DNA of 64,000 nucleotides, filler included, from Basidiobolus ranarum (GCA_040143965.1; 11 parts of 11 records of this genome joined end to end with filler, not necessarily neighbours in it), one strand, 5' to 3'. Positions 1 to 12,305 are shown, counted from the first letter of the whole stretch. Notes: generated from the letters alone by a model not told the origin. Numbers and translations: made by a program.

Positions 1-2069
1 ATGTCTCCTTCTAGGATCACGGGCTTGCGCCAGCGGATATGGGTGAATTGATCTTGATACCTGAAATTAGGTGATCCCAGGATTTGGAGATCTTGCGCAT
101 TCTCATCCAATTTGGGCAATAGATTCTCCCTCTATAGACTGCGCTGTACGTTGACCATTAGAACTTAAAAAGTGAGTAGTTATTGGTGGAATCTTGGTAA
201 ATGAAAAGTGATAAGTGTTTTGGGATGGCATAAGCAAGGGTGTTTTTTGCCTATTTCCACATATAGAAGTACGGCAGAGTATGCTGATTGACGGTTATTT
301 CCTTGAAGTGGAAATTCCAATTTAGATTTACTTGATGTTTTCCCGACCTCCATGCATGGAGCTTTGCGTATTTAGCGTATCTGGTAGTAATTTTACAATA
401 AGGCCCATTCAAAGGACACATAAATTGCTGCAATACCTTCCATCTAAGCTATGCACATTAATTACTCACCTCTAGACGGCTGGCGCTTAAACCAACATAG
501 ATGCAAAAGTAGTCTTGAATGAGCTTCAATAATGATTTCTCATGATCTTATTATAGTCTCATGAGAGCAGATCAATGTCATAACAACAAAGCTATCGCCG
601 TTAATAGCTGGAAGAAATTTCCACCATTTCCATTTTGATTCTTCGATATGTTGAAAAGAATTATTTTTTATTTTTTACTTTATTCTACGAACTCTAATAC
701 ATTTCAATGTTCGAAGCTGATTGGTGCGATTCGATACTCCGTTTGTTGGGTGATATCAACAGTTCTCAGAGTTTCAATCGCTTTTAAATATCTGATAGCT
801 CACGTAAGCATTGTAAGATCAAGGCTACTTTGTAGCTTGTAGCTAGCTCCCAAGCACGACAACATCATTTTTTTCTGAGCCTGTTAATCGGCTTCCTAGT
901 AGCATCACATTCTAAGCCACCGATACCTTGCACAGCAGCGATGAAATTATTGCTGTTCACGCCTACACAGTAGCTGATTGATGCGAATATCTGTTCTGAT
1001 GGTCATTAGAACTAGTAACACCCAATGTAAGCAATCCCTGAAAGACACGGATTAGTCTGGAGTGAGAAAAATCAGATCATTTTATCATATATTGATCTGA
1101 ATCCCATGTCAATCTTTCGATCAAATTTCGACCGTATCCTTCAGCTTTGATTTGCTGAGATCAAATCCAAGAATCCGGTAAGGATCTTTATGTTGGAAAG
1201 GCTAGACTTCTTCTCCCTAAACATCTACTTTCGTCGCCAATGCGAATGAGCTTGCTTGTTGCCGGTTACAAACCGGTATCAGAACAACATCCATATCTCT
1301 ATCCACAACGAGTCAGAGTGATCCTCCTCCTACTTACAGGTTCCTGGAGATGTTAATCATTTAATGGACACTCTTGGTGATTATCACTAACTTTTAAATG
1401 ATATCTATTATAGTGATTATGGCTGGCCAGGTTTAAGTAGAAGTCATCAGATATTAACCTAGAAAATGGGGACGAAATAATTATTAAGTAACCAATGGTA
1501 ACTGATTCAAATTATCTGCTTACCACATACATCAAAGTTAGTACCCCCTATTGAAGATACCACTATTTAGAAAGTTACACCTAAAACCCATATATTACTA
1601 CTCACGTAAGCATAGTGAAATTTGGAAATAATGTAACGATTCCCAGTTACATGATATACCACCACTTGTCGCTTCAAAATACAAGTACAAGAATGGATCT
1701 ATATATGTTCCACACTTTAGAGTGTCCGTCATATCACAGGCCTCGTAGTTAGTTGCTATTTTGTGCTGAATAAAGATATATAGCGTATTCCTCTTGCCAG
1801 ACTCCCACAGTAAAAATCTCTAGCATTATATGGAAATAACAACGTCACATACACCACATACATCAGAACCTGTATGCTGTGAATCATTTACTACTGGTCC
1901 ATATTTACCTGATTTTAACCTATATTTCTATAGTTCGCACCTATTTAAGAATTTCATTCAACATGTGGCCGTTGGGACTATAGAGTAAAACGTATAGAGA
2001 TCAACGCTTCAATTAGGTGATTAATTTTAAAAGATGACTATCCCCAGAGGAGTAGATATCGGGCTTGTT

Positions 2070-2496
2070 TCATTTCAAAATTCCGCATATGATGACACTT
2101 GCATAGGACATATAGTCTAGTAGATTCGAGTTAACCAGTATTGTCATTTCATTTACTATGTTGAACGAAGATTTAATAGCCCCTGGCTCTATGTCCATTA
2201 CATATTCTATGATTGATAGCAAACAAGAGCCTAGCCGATGGAGATATCCCCAGAGCTTCAAGTATGGGGTGTTTTTAGGTGGCTGCTTCAAACATCCAAA
2301 GATGATACACTGAGAAAGGTGCATATTGATTTAGGTCTCGATGATATATTCTAAGAGTTAGGGGCTGTATAACGAGGTCAAGTACTGGTGGAGTATTCCA
2401 TACAGCTAAGATCTTGTTGTTACAAGTACGTAACAATAGACTTGTTCCATCGTACCAAGCGTTATTGGTATGTTTAATGAAAAGATCAAGCTCCAT
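2070..2496 (-). pseudogene. Possible degenerate WD40 gene relic (WRAP53/TCAB1/Swt21-like, tentative)
   Basis: Two overlapping frameshifted minus ORFs. Segments W-YDGTSLLL..NNKILAVWNTP and MDIEPGAIKSSFNIVNE loosely resemble the WRAP53 motifs [23 protein letters not shown] and WDAFTGELRASF. Weak by-eye similarity. Confidence 0.22.
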
Positions 2497-3247
2497 AATG
2501 CTGAATAATTCTAAATTAATCGTTTATCCCTAGATAGCTTTACACAGCCTCAAATATGACACAGGGCGCTCTGAAATGGAGCAAGTCCAAGAGGCACTCA
2601 GCTATGGTGGGATGTTTCTAATTCACACATTGTTTATCTTGAGTTTGTTTTCGTGTTGCAGTTAGGTCATGTTCAATATGGATTAAGGATGTAAAATGAA
2701 TTATCATTCTTTCAAAAGGAAACTTGTGCTTAAGCTGTATACTGTTTTACACTGTAACGTGACAAAAACATCTCTATTATCCGTAACATTATTGATACAC
2801 TAAATCCATACCGTGGAGAATTTACTTGCCAACCACCTCAAATAAATAATTTTCAATCCAAAAACAGATTCTTTTTCAATTCCTACACACTAGTACTGCT
2901 TGTGGACTTATAGAGTTCTTCATCCCTCGGAAGGGCTCCAATGTAGCCTATGATAAGTAACGGTCAATCATCATTTGAAAGTGATCTGATGTCAAGCTTA
3001 CTGACACAGCGCTAGATTTGTTACATCAAACTAGCTATGAAGTGACTGAAACTGAGTCTCGAATTAAATTATTCTATTCAGTATGAAACATATTTAATAC
3101 AACAAACCTTATATACAATATCATTGCGACAAACCCATGATAAACTACTGTTTTTACTTCAACGTGCACTGTATCTATTCCAAGAAATTCATTTATTATT
3201 ATTGAAAGTTTTGTACGATATGAAAGAGACCGCCACAAAATACGGAA

Positions 3248-3797
3248 TTAAGAATACTTGAATTTGTAATAATCATCAAAGTGATGTACACGAACATAAC
3301 CATCTTCATTTGAGCTGACTTATCCTTGGAACTGGTAATAAGTACCATCGGTAGAGAATTAAAGGTCGGTAATGGATTCGGAGTGAGGGTGAACGTTCTT
3401 CAATATTTCGCCAGTCTTGGGAGCTCGCATGGAGATACTACCATTCTCGTGGCCGGAAATAATATATTTATTTAAGTAGTTCTAACCGACAACAAGGGCT
3501 TTAGAGCCTTCAGAGATAATGACTTCAATAGGATTCATGGAGTAGTTTCCATCTTCTATGAGTGCGAAGATTGTAGTAGTACCAGGATAACCATTCTTTC
3601 CTCAGTAACGATCAACGCTAAAGATTCATCTTCAGAGAATTGAACTCATTTGACAGCTGTCTTGATCTCTAAAGTTCACCATTATGAGAGAACTATGCAG
3701 TTATCACATTATCTTTGGATGCACTGAATAGACACCTTCACGATTATATTTAATGAGTGAAAGAACGAGTATGTCCTTGTGAAAGAATCGGTCTCAT
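3248..3797 (-). pseudogene. TIF34: eIF3 subunit i (TIF34) pseudogene with stops, frameshifts and two large internal deletions
   Basis: Minus strand reads MRPILSQGHTRSFT/IKYNREG../FSASKDNVITA*FSHNGE // EIKTAVK*VQFSEDESLALIVTEERM..GSKALVVG*NYLN../[48 protein letters not shown] // EDGYVRVHHFDDYYKFKYS*. These are the diagnostic eIF3i N-terminus, mid WD blades and C-terminus. Not in the ORF track. Confidence 0.9.
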
Positions 3798-4121
3798 TTC
3801 GCCAAAATATGAAGTAATAGTAACATTAATAGTCAAGTCCCTCTTTGGGAATTACTTACTTGGGATAATTAGCCTCATCTCGAAGATTAGAGATTTTTTG
3901 TTTTTATCCCACTTTTTTTCCAATACATTATCATAATAAAGTTGATAAATAACAAGGAAGTTGAGAAATTGCTACTATTATTTATATTGAGTTAGCCTCA
4001 TAAATTACACCAATATTTTGATTTAATAATAATATGTGTCGTAAAATTAGGTATCAAGCACGTGTCTAAACTTATTGCTATTAACAACGGATTTCCTTAC
4101 TTTATACCACATCCAAGGAAC

Positions 4122-5626
4122 ATGGAGTACACAGCCGAGACATTATATGAAAGGCTTTCAAACATACTTAGTAAAAGTGATGAATTGTAAGTAAAATGTA
4201 ATTTCTTGTTGAAATAAAAGGTTGTTTTACTTTTATTCTAACCAAGATATTAGGAAGGAACTTGGGCTACGTCCAATTGTTGGAGAGGCTGCTAGCGCCG
4301 AAGCAGCGCCATATATTTTACTAGAAAACAGGGGGGGTATTCCTCTCAAATATGTCACAACTATTTACAAGTATTCTTGGGAAATATTCATCAAATTAAG
4401 AAATCTTAACTCGGAGTTTGAGAAAGGTAATCTGCTCGGTCGTACAGCGTATTAAGTTAAAACCATCCGTTCATTAAATTTATTTCTTTCGATGTCAGAA
4501 GATATCTCGAGTTTGGATAATTGTATGAAATGCTTACTTGTTATCAATCCAGAGTGTTACTCAGCATGGAATTTACGGTTAGTGATATTTTCCACTGACA
4601 ATGTTGTGGTTAGGCTTTTAATTAATTCGTGTTTGTACATACGAAGTAAGCGTTTGATTCAAGAAGAGAAAATAAACCCCGACGAAGATTTACTATTCTT
4701 AGAGCTACTCTTCACTTTTCCACAGCATAACAAAAGTTATACCTCCTGGCATCACAGGTAAGTCCTTTCTTCACTAGCTCTTATTGTAAAGATCCATTGA
4801 GTCAACTATTAAGTGTGTCTTAGGAAATGGGTGATTGAATTAATATCAGCTAGAACATCGCGCCCCCCGTCTTTAAAGAAAGAGATCGATATTTGTAGTC
4901 GGGTAGGTGAGCTTTACCCCAAGAACTATAATGCCTGGGTGCATCGACAATGGATTCTGAAGTACACAGACAGTATGGAAGCGTTACTTGAGGAGTTGGA
5001 AAGGGTGAAGAGTTGGAATAACTCTCATATCTCTGATCATTCAGGATTTCATCATCGTGAGCAGGTTCTCTTGCGTATCTGCCAACAATTGGGTATACTG
5101 AAGTCAGTGGGTGGAATCTCAAGAATGAACCTGCTGCAAAAGTCCGATTCAGTATCGCAGAGCATCTCAGTGACCAACGCTGACTTGGTCGACCAGAAGT
5201 GGTTGCTCGAACTTTGGTTGTCAGAGTTTCAATACATTAAAGAACTTCTAACGCGCTATCCACAACATGAGACACTCTGGTATCATCTTCGTTTTTGTTA
5301 TTTTCACTGGAGATCGATCAAGTTTGAAGAAGTGTATATTGATGAGCAGAGTTCAACCGACAACTGGCCTTCCCTACGTTCTGAAGAGGATTTTGTTGAA
5401 CGTATTATTCAGCTAAATTCCCATGATTCCGATCTAGTGACTTACCCATTAGCTTACAAACTGTACATTCTCGAATTGGTGAGTCTTTTAATTCTCCCCT
5501 ATCTCTTGATTTAGTTTCTTACTTAAACTTGTATCTATCTTCTAGCATCGTCAAGATACTCAGCAAATTATGGTAGCGCTATCCAAGCATGCGAGATATA
5601 CTAACTATTATGCGGCACAACAGTGA
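4122..5626 (+). CDS. Protein prenyltransferase alpha-subunit repeat protein (PTAR1/Ecm9-like), about 6 exons
   Basis: ATG 4122. GT-AG introns begin near 4187, 4428, 4578, 4758 and 5479. PPTA repeats INPECYSAWNLR, KSYTSWHHRKWV, YPKNYNAWVHRQW, HISDHSGFHHRE, YPQHETLWYHLR. TGA at 5624-5626. Confidence 0.88.
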
Positions 5627-5799
5627 GCCACATCTACAATCCAAGTTGTGTGGGTTGCTTGCCACATCCGAATAATCGAAGTAATGTGTTCCCTTGAGAA
5701 CTAAAGTTAATCTTGATATAAAAATATTAGTGATTATTAAGTACATTGATTGTCAAACCGAAAGAATGTTCCTCGAGAATCCTACCAATATGCGAAATA

Positions 5800-5899
5800 N
5801 NNNNNNNNNNNNNNNNNNNNNNNNNNNNNNNNNNNNNNNNNNNTTAATTAATTAANNNNNNNNNNNNNNNNNNNNNNNNNNNNNNNNNNNNNNNNNNNN
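5800..5899. other. Artificial contig linker N44-TTAATTAATTAA-N44 (same at 11694, 17584, 23472, 29356, 35234, 41108, 46980, 52851, 58718)
   Basis: Identical 100-nt spacers with a six-frame stop core. Intervening contig lengths fall monotonically: 5794, 5790, 5788, 5784, 5778, 5774, 5772, 5771, 5767. Confidence 0.99.
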
Positions 5900-6157
5900 T
5901 GCATTTGTCAAGACTTATGTTTCCACCTGTGATACTTGTGCTTGAGTGAAGACTCCAAGACATCAGCCCTATGGCCTCCTGCAGCCACTCCCAATTCCTG
6001 ATCAGCAGTGGAAAACCATATCACTGGAATTCATAACTGATCTACCCATGTCTGCCAAATATGATTCCATTGCAGTAATTGTTGATTGTCTAACAAAGAT
6101 GGCCTACTTTGTGCCCTGCAACAAGTCAATTGATGCAAAACAAGCAGCAGAATTGTT
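5900..6157 (+). mobile_element. Ty3/gypsy integrase fragment (degenerate)
   Basis: YVSTCDTCA*VKTPRHQPYGLLQPLPIPDQQWKTISLEFITDLPMS..YDSIAVIVDCLTKMAYFVPC covers the end of the zinc finger and the start of the rve core of Tf2-type elements. Confidence 0.9.
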
Positions 6158-6173
6158 AACTAACCCTAACCCT

Positions 6174-7674
6174 GAGCTTCCCATTAGGCACTATGCACTT
6201 ACTATTCAACAACATTCCAATACTACTTACTCAGCTATATAGTGAAGAATTCAATATGAATGAGCCATTCAAGATTGTATCAAAGTATGAATTGATTGGG
6301 AAAATGCTTCAAAACATCAAAATACCATCATATTTTACCAAGACTCCCATCAATATCCACTCATATAGGTGTTTATTCAAATGCAAAGACTGGAAGTATT
6401 GAATTTGCATATAATCAAGTTGAATCATGAAGCAATCCTGCATGATAAGTATTGGCAACATTGGGAGTTGTTTGTGGATATTGTCAATATATTCCTATGG
6501 CATCAGCTCACATTGGCAGATCTAAGGCAGATACAGCAACTGTTCAAAGATTTTGTAATTGGATGTGAAAAACTTTCTTACAGGCCTAAAAAAGCTTGAC
6601 TGAATCTATGCCAGTATTCAATACATGCCCTGCTGCATCGTTCACAATGCTTAGAGATTACAGGCCCTTGCTATATATTCTGGGAGTTCGCAATGGATTG
6701 CACCTGTGGTGAAATGATGCTCTGTATGAAGTTGTCAGTATTACTAAATGCTAATCCAATTAATAATATGTCAGCAAAATCAGTGATGGATGTAATGCAA
6801 TGGGTTAAGGAAACTCCAGAGTATATTAACCTGCCAACACAGGGCTCTTTTCAATGTGCTCACAGGTTTTTGTATTGTTTGAGTACAATTACAGCAACAA
6901 AGCCCAATCCATGGACAAAGAGTAAGTATCTCTATAATTGGACTAATTTGCTGTGTGTGAATCTGATGTTATTTTTAGGAAAGCTGCAAGACAGACTTCA
7001 TGGTGAGGTAGATGGAGATATGCAGTATTATTGTTTTAGCCATGGGGTAATCTATTTGAGCAATGACACATCTACTTGTGGCATGATACTTTTTGACTGC
7101 AAGTTGGGGATATATTGGCTGAATTCTTTACAGAAATTTGCCAAAATCCAAAATCTTATTCTCATTGTGAGCAGTAACAAGAGTCAGCTATTTGCTAAGT
7201 GTAAGTGCTATTCAAAATTTCAGATGTTTAGCAATTTTTCCACCATTAGTCTGCTGGTAAAGCATATCAATGTTGTTGGGTTATGTCTGATCAGTCAAGT
7301 ATATGCATATGTAGTGACTAAACACAACAAGATTCTTGTATCTTTTGATTCTCATTACGGCTGGAATACCAAGCCTAGAGCATCCATATAAAGGCATGCA
7401 TATTAATGCAAATTTGTACAGCAGTAAACCCAGTAATTTGCCATTTGAAAATGATATTTTGCAGAAATTGCCAGATATTGAATAATGCATGCCAAATATG
7501 AGGAACAATACTTTAACATGTATGAATACCATTATAATACCATCAAAAACTGCCATCACATCATCAAATCCCTGGCAGAATGCAAGCCACAAATATTGTG
7601 ACTGTTCTCTGACAGTTTTGCAATTTTGAAGGATGGATCCAAACTGGATGAAATTGATTTTATTTTTGTTAGGG
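6174..7674 (+). mobile_element. CMC/CACTA (EnSpm-like) DNA transposon, 3' part, copy 1
   Basis: MHLLFNNI..YWQHWELFVDIV..YSIHALLH..GPCYIFWEFAMDCTCG is the Tnp2/DUF4218-like region. Homologous to 50647-51862 and 59560-61084. Ends in TAGGG. Confidence 0.8.
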
Positions 7675-9090
7675 AAGACTTTGCTAGTTATTGTTCTAAA
7701 CAAAGAAATAAGTAACAAACAATGTACTTATAATCCACCACAAAATGGAGTCACAGTATTATCTTACAGGATCATGGTGGAGATGGCAAGAATATTGTTA
7801 ACAAGTTAGTTCACCAAAATTGGGCTAAATCTGTCTCCACTACAGTCTATATTAGAAACATATGCCCAACACAATTGCTACAAAATTCCACTCCTGTTTA
7901 AGCCCTGTATGGATCAAAACTGAATGTGAATTATTATTAGGATCTTTGGTTGCACAACATATTACCTAATTCCAGCTCAAAAATGCTCTCATTTGGAACT
8001 CAAAAGCAGAAAATGCATAGTTCTTGGTTACCATGATGGATCTAAAGCCTACAGACTGTTTAATAGCAAAAAAAAGAAGTCAATTACTGCAGATTGGTGA
8101 GTTTTGATAAAGGAGCATATTTTTCACCTCATATCACAGTTGTTGATCCACAAAACATAATCAGCACTATTCAGGAAGTGTGAGGCTAAATTACTGCTGT
8201 ATCTGAGCCCAATTCTACCAAAATTCCAGCCTTAATTACATCAGAGGATGATTTCAAGGCTAAATGTTCATCCAGGAGGGAAAATAAGCCAGGGAACTGG
8301 TGGAAAACTTCCAATGATGATGTCTATGCTTATGCAGCATTCTGTGACAAGCCACCAACTCTACATCAAGCTCTGGAGTGTCCAAATTTTAAATTATGGG
8401 AAAAAAATGTCTGATGAGTTTTCTTCACTTCAGGATAATAAACACTGGCTTTAAGTTATTTACCATCAGGAGGAAAGCTAACAGGTTGTGCATAGGTCTA
8501 CAATTTCAAATGCCAAGTTCATGGAAACTAGAAAGATACAAAGCTAGTTTCAAAAGGTTATTGCCAGATTCTAGGAGCTGATTTTAATGAAACATTTGCT
8601 TCAGTATTAAAGTTTAGCTCTATTTAATCAATCTTGGCACTCTCAGTCCCTCATAACCTTGATTTATATCAAATAGATGTAGAAACATCTTGTCTGAATG
8701 GAAATCTAGAAGAAGCAATCTATATGGAGCAACCAGATGGATTTGTGGGTCTAAAACACATATGGTCTGTTAACTGCAAAAATCACCATATAGACTCAAG
8801 AAAGAACTTAAGACATGATACAACAAGAGATACCTATTTGGAATCAATGGAATTCCCAACAAGTACAGCAGTTCACAGTAGTTATATTGAAACAACTGGA
8901 AATATAATCATTATCTTGGCAATAAAAGTGGATGACTGGAACATGGGTACAAATGATCTAGAAGCACTGATTCAGACAAAAACCAGCTTATGAAACCAAA
9001 TGAGATGAATGATATTGGTAAATTAAGTTATTTCCTTGGAATCCAAAGCAAGATAGATGAGCTCAATCAGAATATCATGCTGAATCAGTC
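7675..9090 (+). mobile_element. Ty1/copia pol remnants (integrase, RT)
   Basis: PPQNGV integrase motif, LRIFGC, KSRKCI.LGY..GSKAYRL, ERYKA, QIDVETSCLNGNLEEAIYMEQPDGF and KVDD, with many stops and frameshifts. Confidence 0.9.
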
Positions 9091-9489
9091 TTGATAATTC
9101 TATGATTAAAGTGTTTGAAGAATTTGGAAGTGTTTTGGACAAGTTTGGATTTGTGAATTAGACACTTTTATTAAATTGAGTATGTCTGGTTTATAAGCCT
9201 TGCTCCATTATATGGAGCCAGATCAGGCCAGCTAAAAAGTGTGCCAGCACAAATTGGACAATTGGGCACTGTTTGGCATTATGTTGCTTACCATCTCAGA
9301 AATAGTAGTTTTACTCAAGTGGTACATTTTGAAAAAGTTCTTTTAGGCATTAGCACACATTCAAAAGATGATGAAGGCTTTATACATAGTGTCTTAGGTC
9401 TAGTTCTTTAATAGATATCTTTAAGTATGGACATACTGAGATTTAATCAAGATTTTGACTACTTTGCCTAACTATGATTGAGGCCCACA

Positions 9490-10250
9490 AAATTATTTTC
9501 CCCTATACTTTCCTGCTATATTGCTATATCTCTTTAGGAAACCAAGGCAATGTTCAACTCTTGCCCTAAAATGGGAAAAAAAGACATTTCAAAACTTTTG
9601 GCACTCTGAAAGTAACTCTCCTCTAGGTCTCTTGTTTGCTCTGAGACACCCTACCCTTTTGCATTCCTCACCAACATATGCCAACTCAGCCACAGTCTAC
9701 TCACATCACACAAATGGTAGAAGCTTCTCAACCCAAACCTTTTTGCCATGATGTCACCCTGGGTGTGGCCCACTAAACCAAATGATATTTCCTTCCAAAT
9801 CTTCAAAGCCTCAAACTTTACACAGGGAGTCTTGTATTTGCCAGAATAAAATAGCTTTTGGGCCTGTTTATTCTGACAGGAAATGTGTCAAGAATCCTTT
9901 TGATATGAACTCTATTAGGAGTTACTTCAGGAAATGGAATGAAATTAGAGTCTCTGAATCTTTTGTCCCATGCACCTTCAATATCACTGACCACTGAAGC
10001 TAGATAATTCTCACCCACTTGAAGCCTGGTATTATAGCCTCCCCCACTTTGACTACCATTACGATTGCACTGAAATCTGATTAGACAATAGTTTTTGTAA
10101 TAACAAAACAAATTGACTAGCTGCTTTCTGGTAGGTATTGGAGTATATGAGCCACATTATTTCCCAAATATAGCTTCTAAGGAGGTGATAAGAAAGCCAG
10201 TAGTTGCTTTTGGATTCATGAGGAATGACCATTTAGAGTAGATGAGAAAT
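9490..10250 (-). mobile_element. DDE_Tnp_4-family (PIF/Harbinger or ISL2EU-like) transposase relic
   Basis: Minus strand, across frameshifts: ILDTFPVRINRPKS ... YKTPCVKFE..DLEGNIIWFSGPHPG*HH ... LAYVGEE..ANKRPRGELLSECQKF*NVFFSHFRARVEHCLGFLKRY. The DDE_Tnp_4 motifs are in canonical order. Confidence 0.75.
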
Positions 10251-11793
10251 ATGATACTAATCTTGTGTTTGGCCAGCACAATATATATCTTCAAGCCTTC
10301 AGAAGTCTGCAAGAAAATATACAATAAAACACATGAGGATAGAAAGTTTAATTTGAGAAATAGGAATCTTGATTTTGAGTCCACAAAGTCATAATTCTAA
10401 TTGTATTTTTGCTTATATGAACCAGAAGTGATCATTGTGGCCTCAACTTTAGAGACTAAAGATGCTCCATATAGATATCTAGCACCTCTCAATGAGACTT
10501 TGCAGCATCTGATGATCAAGGTTGTGGAGTTCAAAATAACTACTCAGGACACTATGCATGAGTAATCAACAGAGGTGTAGAGAGAAATGCAAGACAATTT
10601 GTTGAATCAGAAGATATTCTTAGATTCAAATTGGAGCAGTCTAGACCATTGCACTGGATTACTCCATACCAAAGAGACCCCTGACAAGGTAACTATTTCA
10701 CAAAATGAATCTACATAACTCACCACTAGAATTGAGGTAACACCTGCAACAAGAGCATGAGCTTAAAAAGCAGTATCTTCAGCCAGTGGTACACATCAAC
10801 AGTAACACTGGCTTGGAAGAGTCCCAATATTTCTCTTGCTTTTGATGAAGAGCAAGAAGTCAATGAAGAATCTCAAAGCAGATGGCCTCCATTCTCATGC
10901 ATCATTGCATGCAATTATATGATTTAACCAAACAAACCAGTGAGCTTTTGACATCTGGAGAAGAGTCAGCTCCAAGTAGCATGCCACTAGACAGACATAC
11001 CATTTTGAGGCATACTACCACTGTAGTTGTTTTAGGATGTAAGCAGCAACTATAACTGCACTATCTTAAGGGTTTTGTGAGGTGTCCAAAGGGTGCAATA
11101 ACCACAGTACACTAATTCTGAGATGTACATTAATATTGGTCAGTCTCTTGCCTCTTTTTGAAACAGAATCAAGCCCATAGAAATGTCCAAGGACTAATAA
11201 ACCGCAATCCAATGTCCAGCTTTCTGTTGAATAATATGCTGGTGGCAGACAAATGAATATACTCTCTTTAATGTCCTTTCAGAATGATCAGATAAAACAA
11301 GTATATCCAACTAAAACAACTGTAAACTCAGCTAGCAGGTTCTTGAACAAGGATGCACTGGTAGCAATGTATCTAAGGATATGAAGAGTTCCTTCTCCTA
11401 TGCAGACAAAGCTAGGGAAAAAATATTTTGCATTGGAAATATAACATCTACCTATCAATACTTCCTTTGAGCTGGCCAAGTCCTTTCTAGTCACACAGTA
11501 GCCTGTAACTGTCTCTAGTAGTCTCTCTTGACCTTCCTCTTCAAAGGTCTTGTAAGTGGTGATAAAAATAAGGGGTTATCACAAGTAGTAATTGTTAGTT
11601 AAAAACCAGGGAAATTTTTATTTGAAAAGATATGAGTCCAATATATACTTTTTGGAAGGTAGAAATATTTACGAATGAGAATTTCTGGAAAGTNNNNNNN
11701 NNNNNNNNNNNNNNNNNNNNNNNNNNNNNNNNNNNNNTTAATTAATTAANNNNNNNNNNNNNNNNNNNNNNNNNNNNNNNNNNNNNNNNNNNN

Positions 11794-11913
11794 ATCACCT
11801 AGCGCCTCCCAGGCAGCTCCATCGGCCTTCATTCGTTCGTTACCGACAACATTACCAGCGGTCTCTTGAACGTAACCAGTGGCGTATTTGACGTTAGCGT
11901 TGACTTTATCCAT
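11794..11913 (-). CDS. CsbD/Hmp1/LEA-like stress protein, 5' part (cut by contig end; diverged)
   Basis: MDKVNANVKYATGYVQETAGNVVGNERMKADGAAWEALGD, running into the linker. Confidence 0.85.
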
Positions 11914-12305
11914 GTTGATTTAAGAATAGGTTAAGTGAAAATAATCTGAATACAATCATGGAAAGCATACCTACCTTTATAATAATCACCAAGTTCTCGA
12001 GTGACGTTGTGAGTACTATTTTACATCTTAAATAGGAATGTGAATGGAAGCAAGCACTATTGGAAAATCCATACCATGATAAGGAAGTATTGAATTTGGT
12101 AACTGAAATACACAACTATGACCTCAGATATGCGATCATTAATTCTGTAATAGAGCATGGCAATTGGATGGCAATGGTCTCAGAGTAATCATTTAAAATT
12201 GTCGACGTAATAAACATCCCCGCTACTCTGGACTTTCTCAATTCTATAAAATGCTGTGCAGTTAGAAGTTGTATGGTCAAAAAATCATACTCAGTCAAAT
12301 CAACT

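Noticed and set aside
1-540. Possible minus-strand exons (RENLLPKLDENAQDLQILGSPNFRYQDQFTHIRWRKPVILEGD; GTGAGT donor near 470)
   Set aside because: I could not build a consistent gene model or recognise a family, so it is left uncalled.
7281-7718. Convergent second ORF of the CMC element (also 51649-52017 and 60866-61111)
   Set aside because: Frames are not conserved between copies, and the ORFs cross the element terminus and subterminal repeats.
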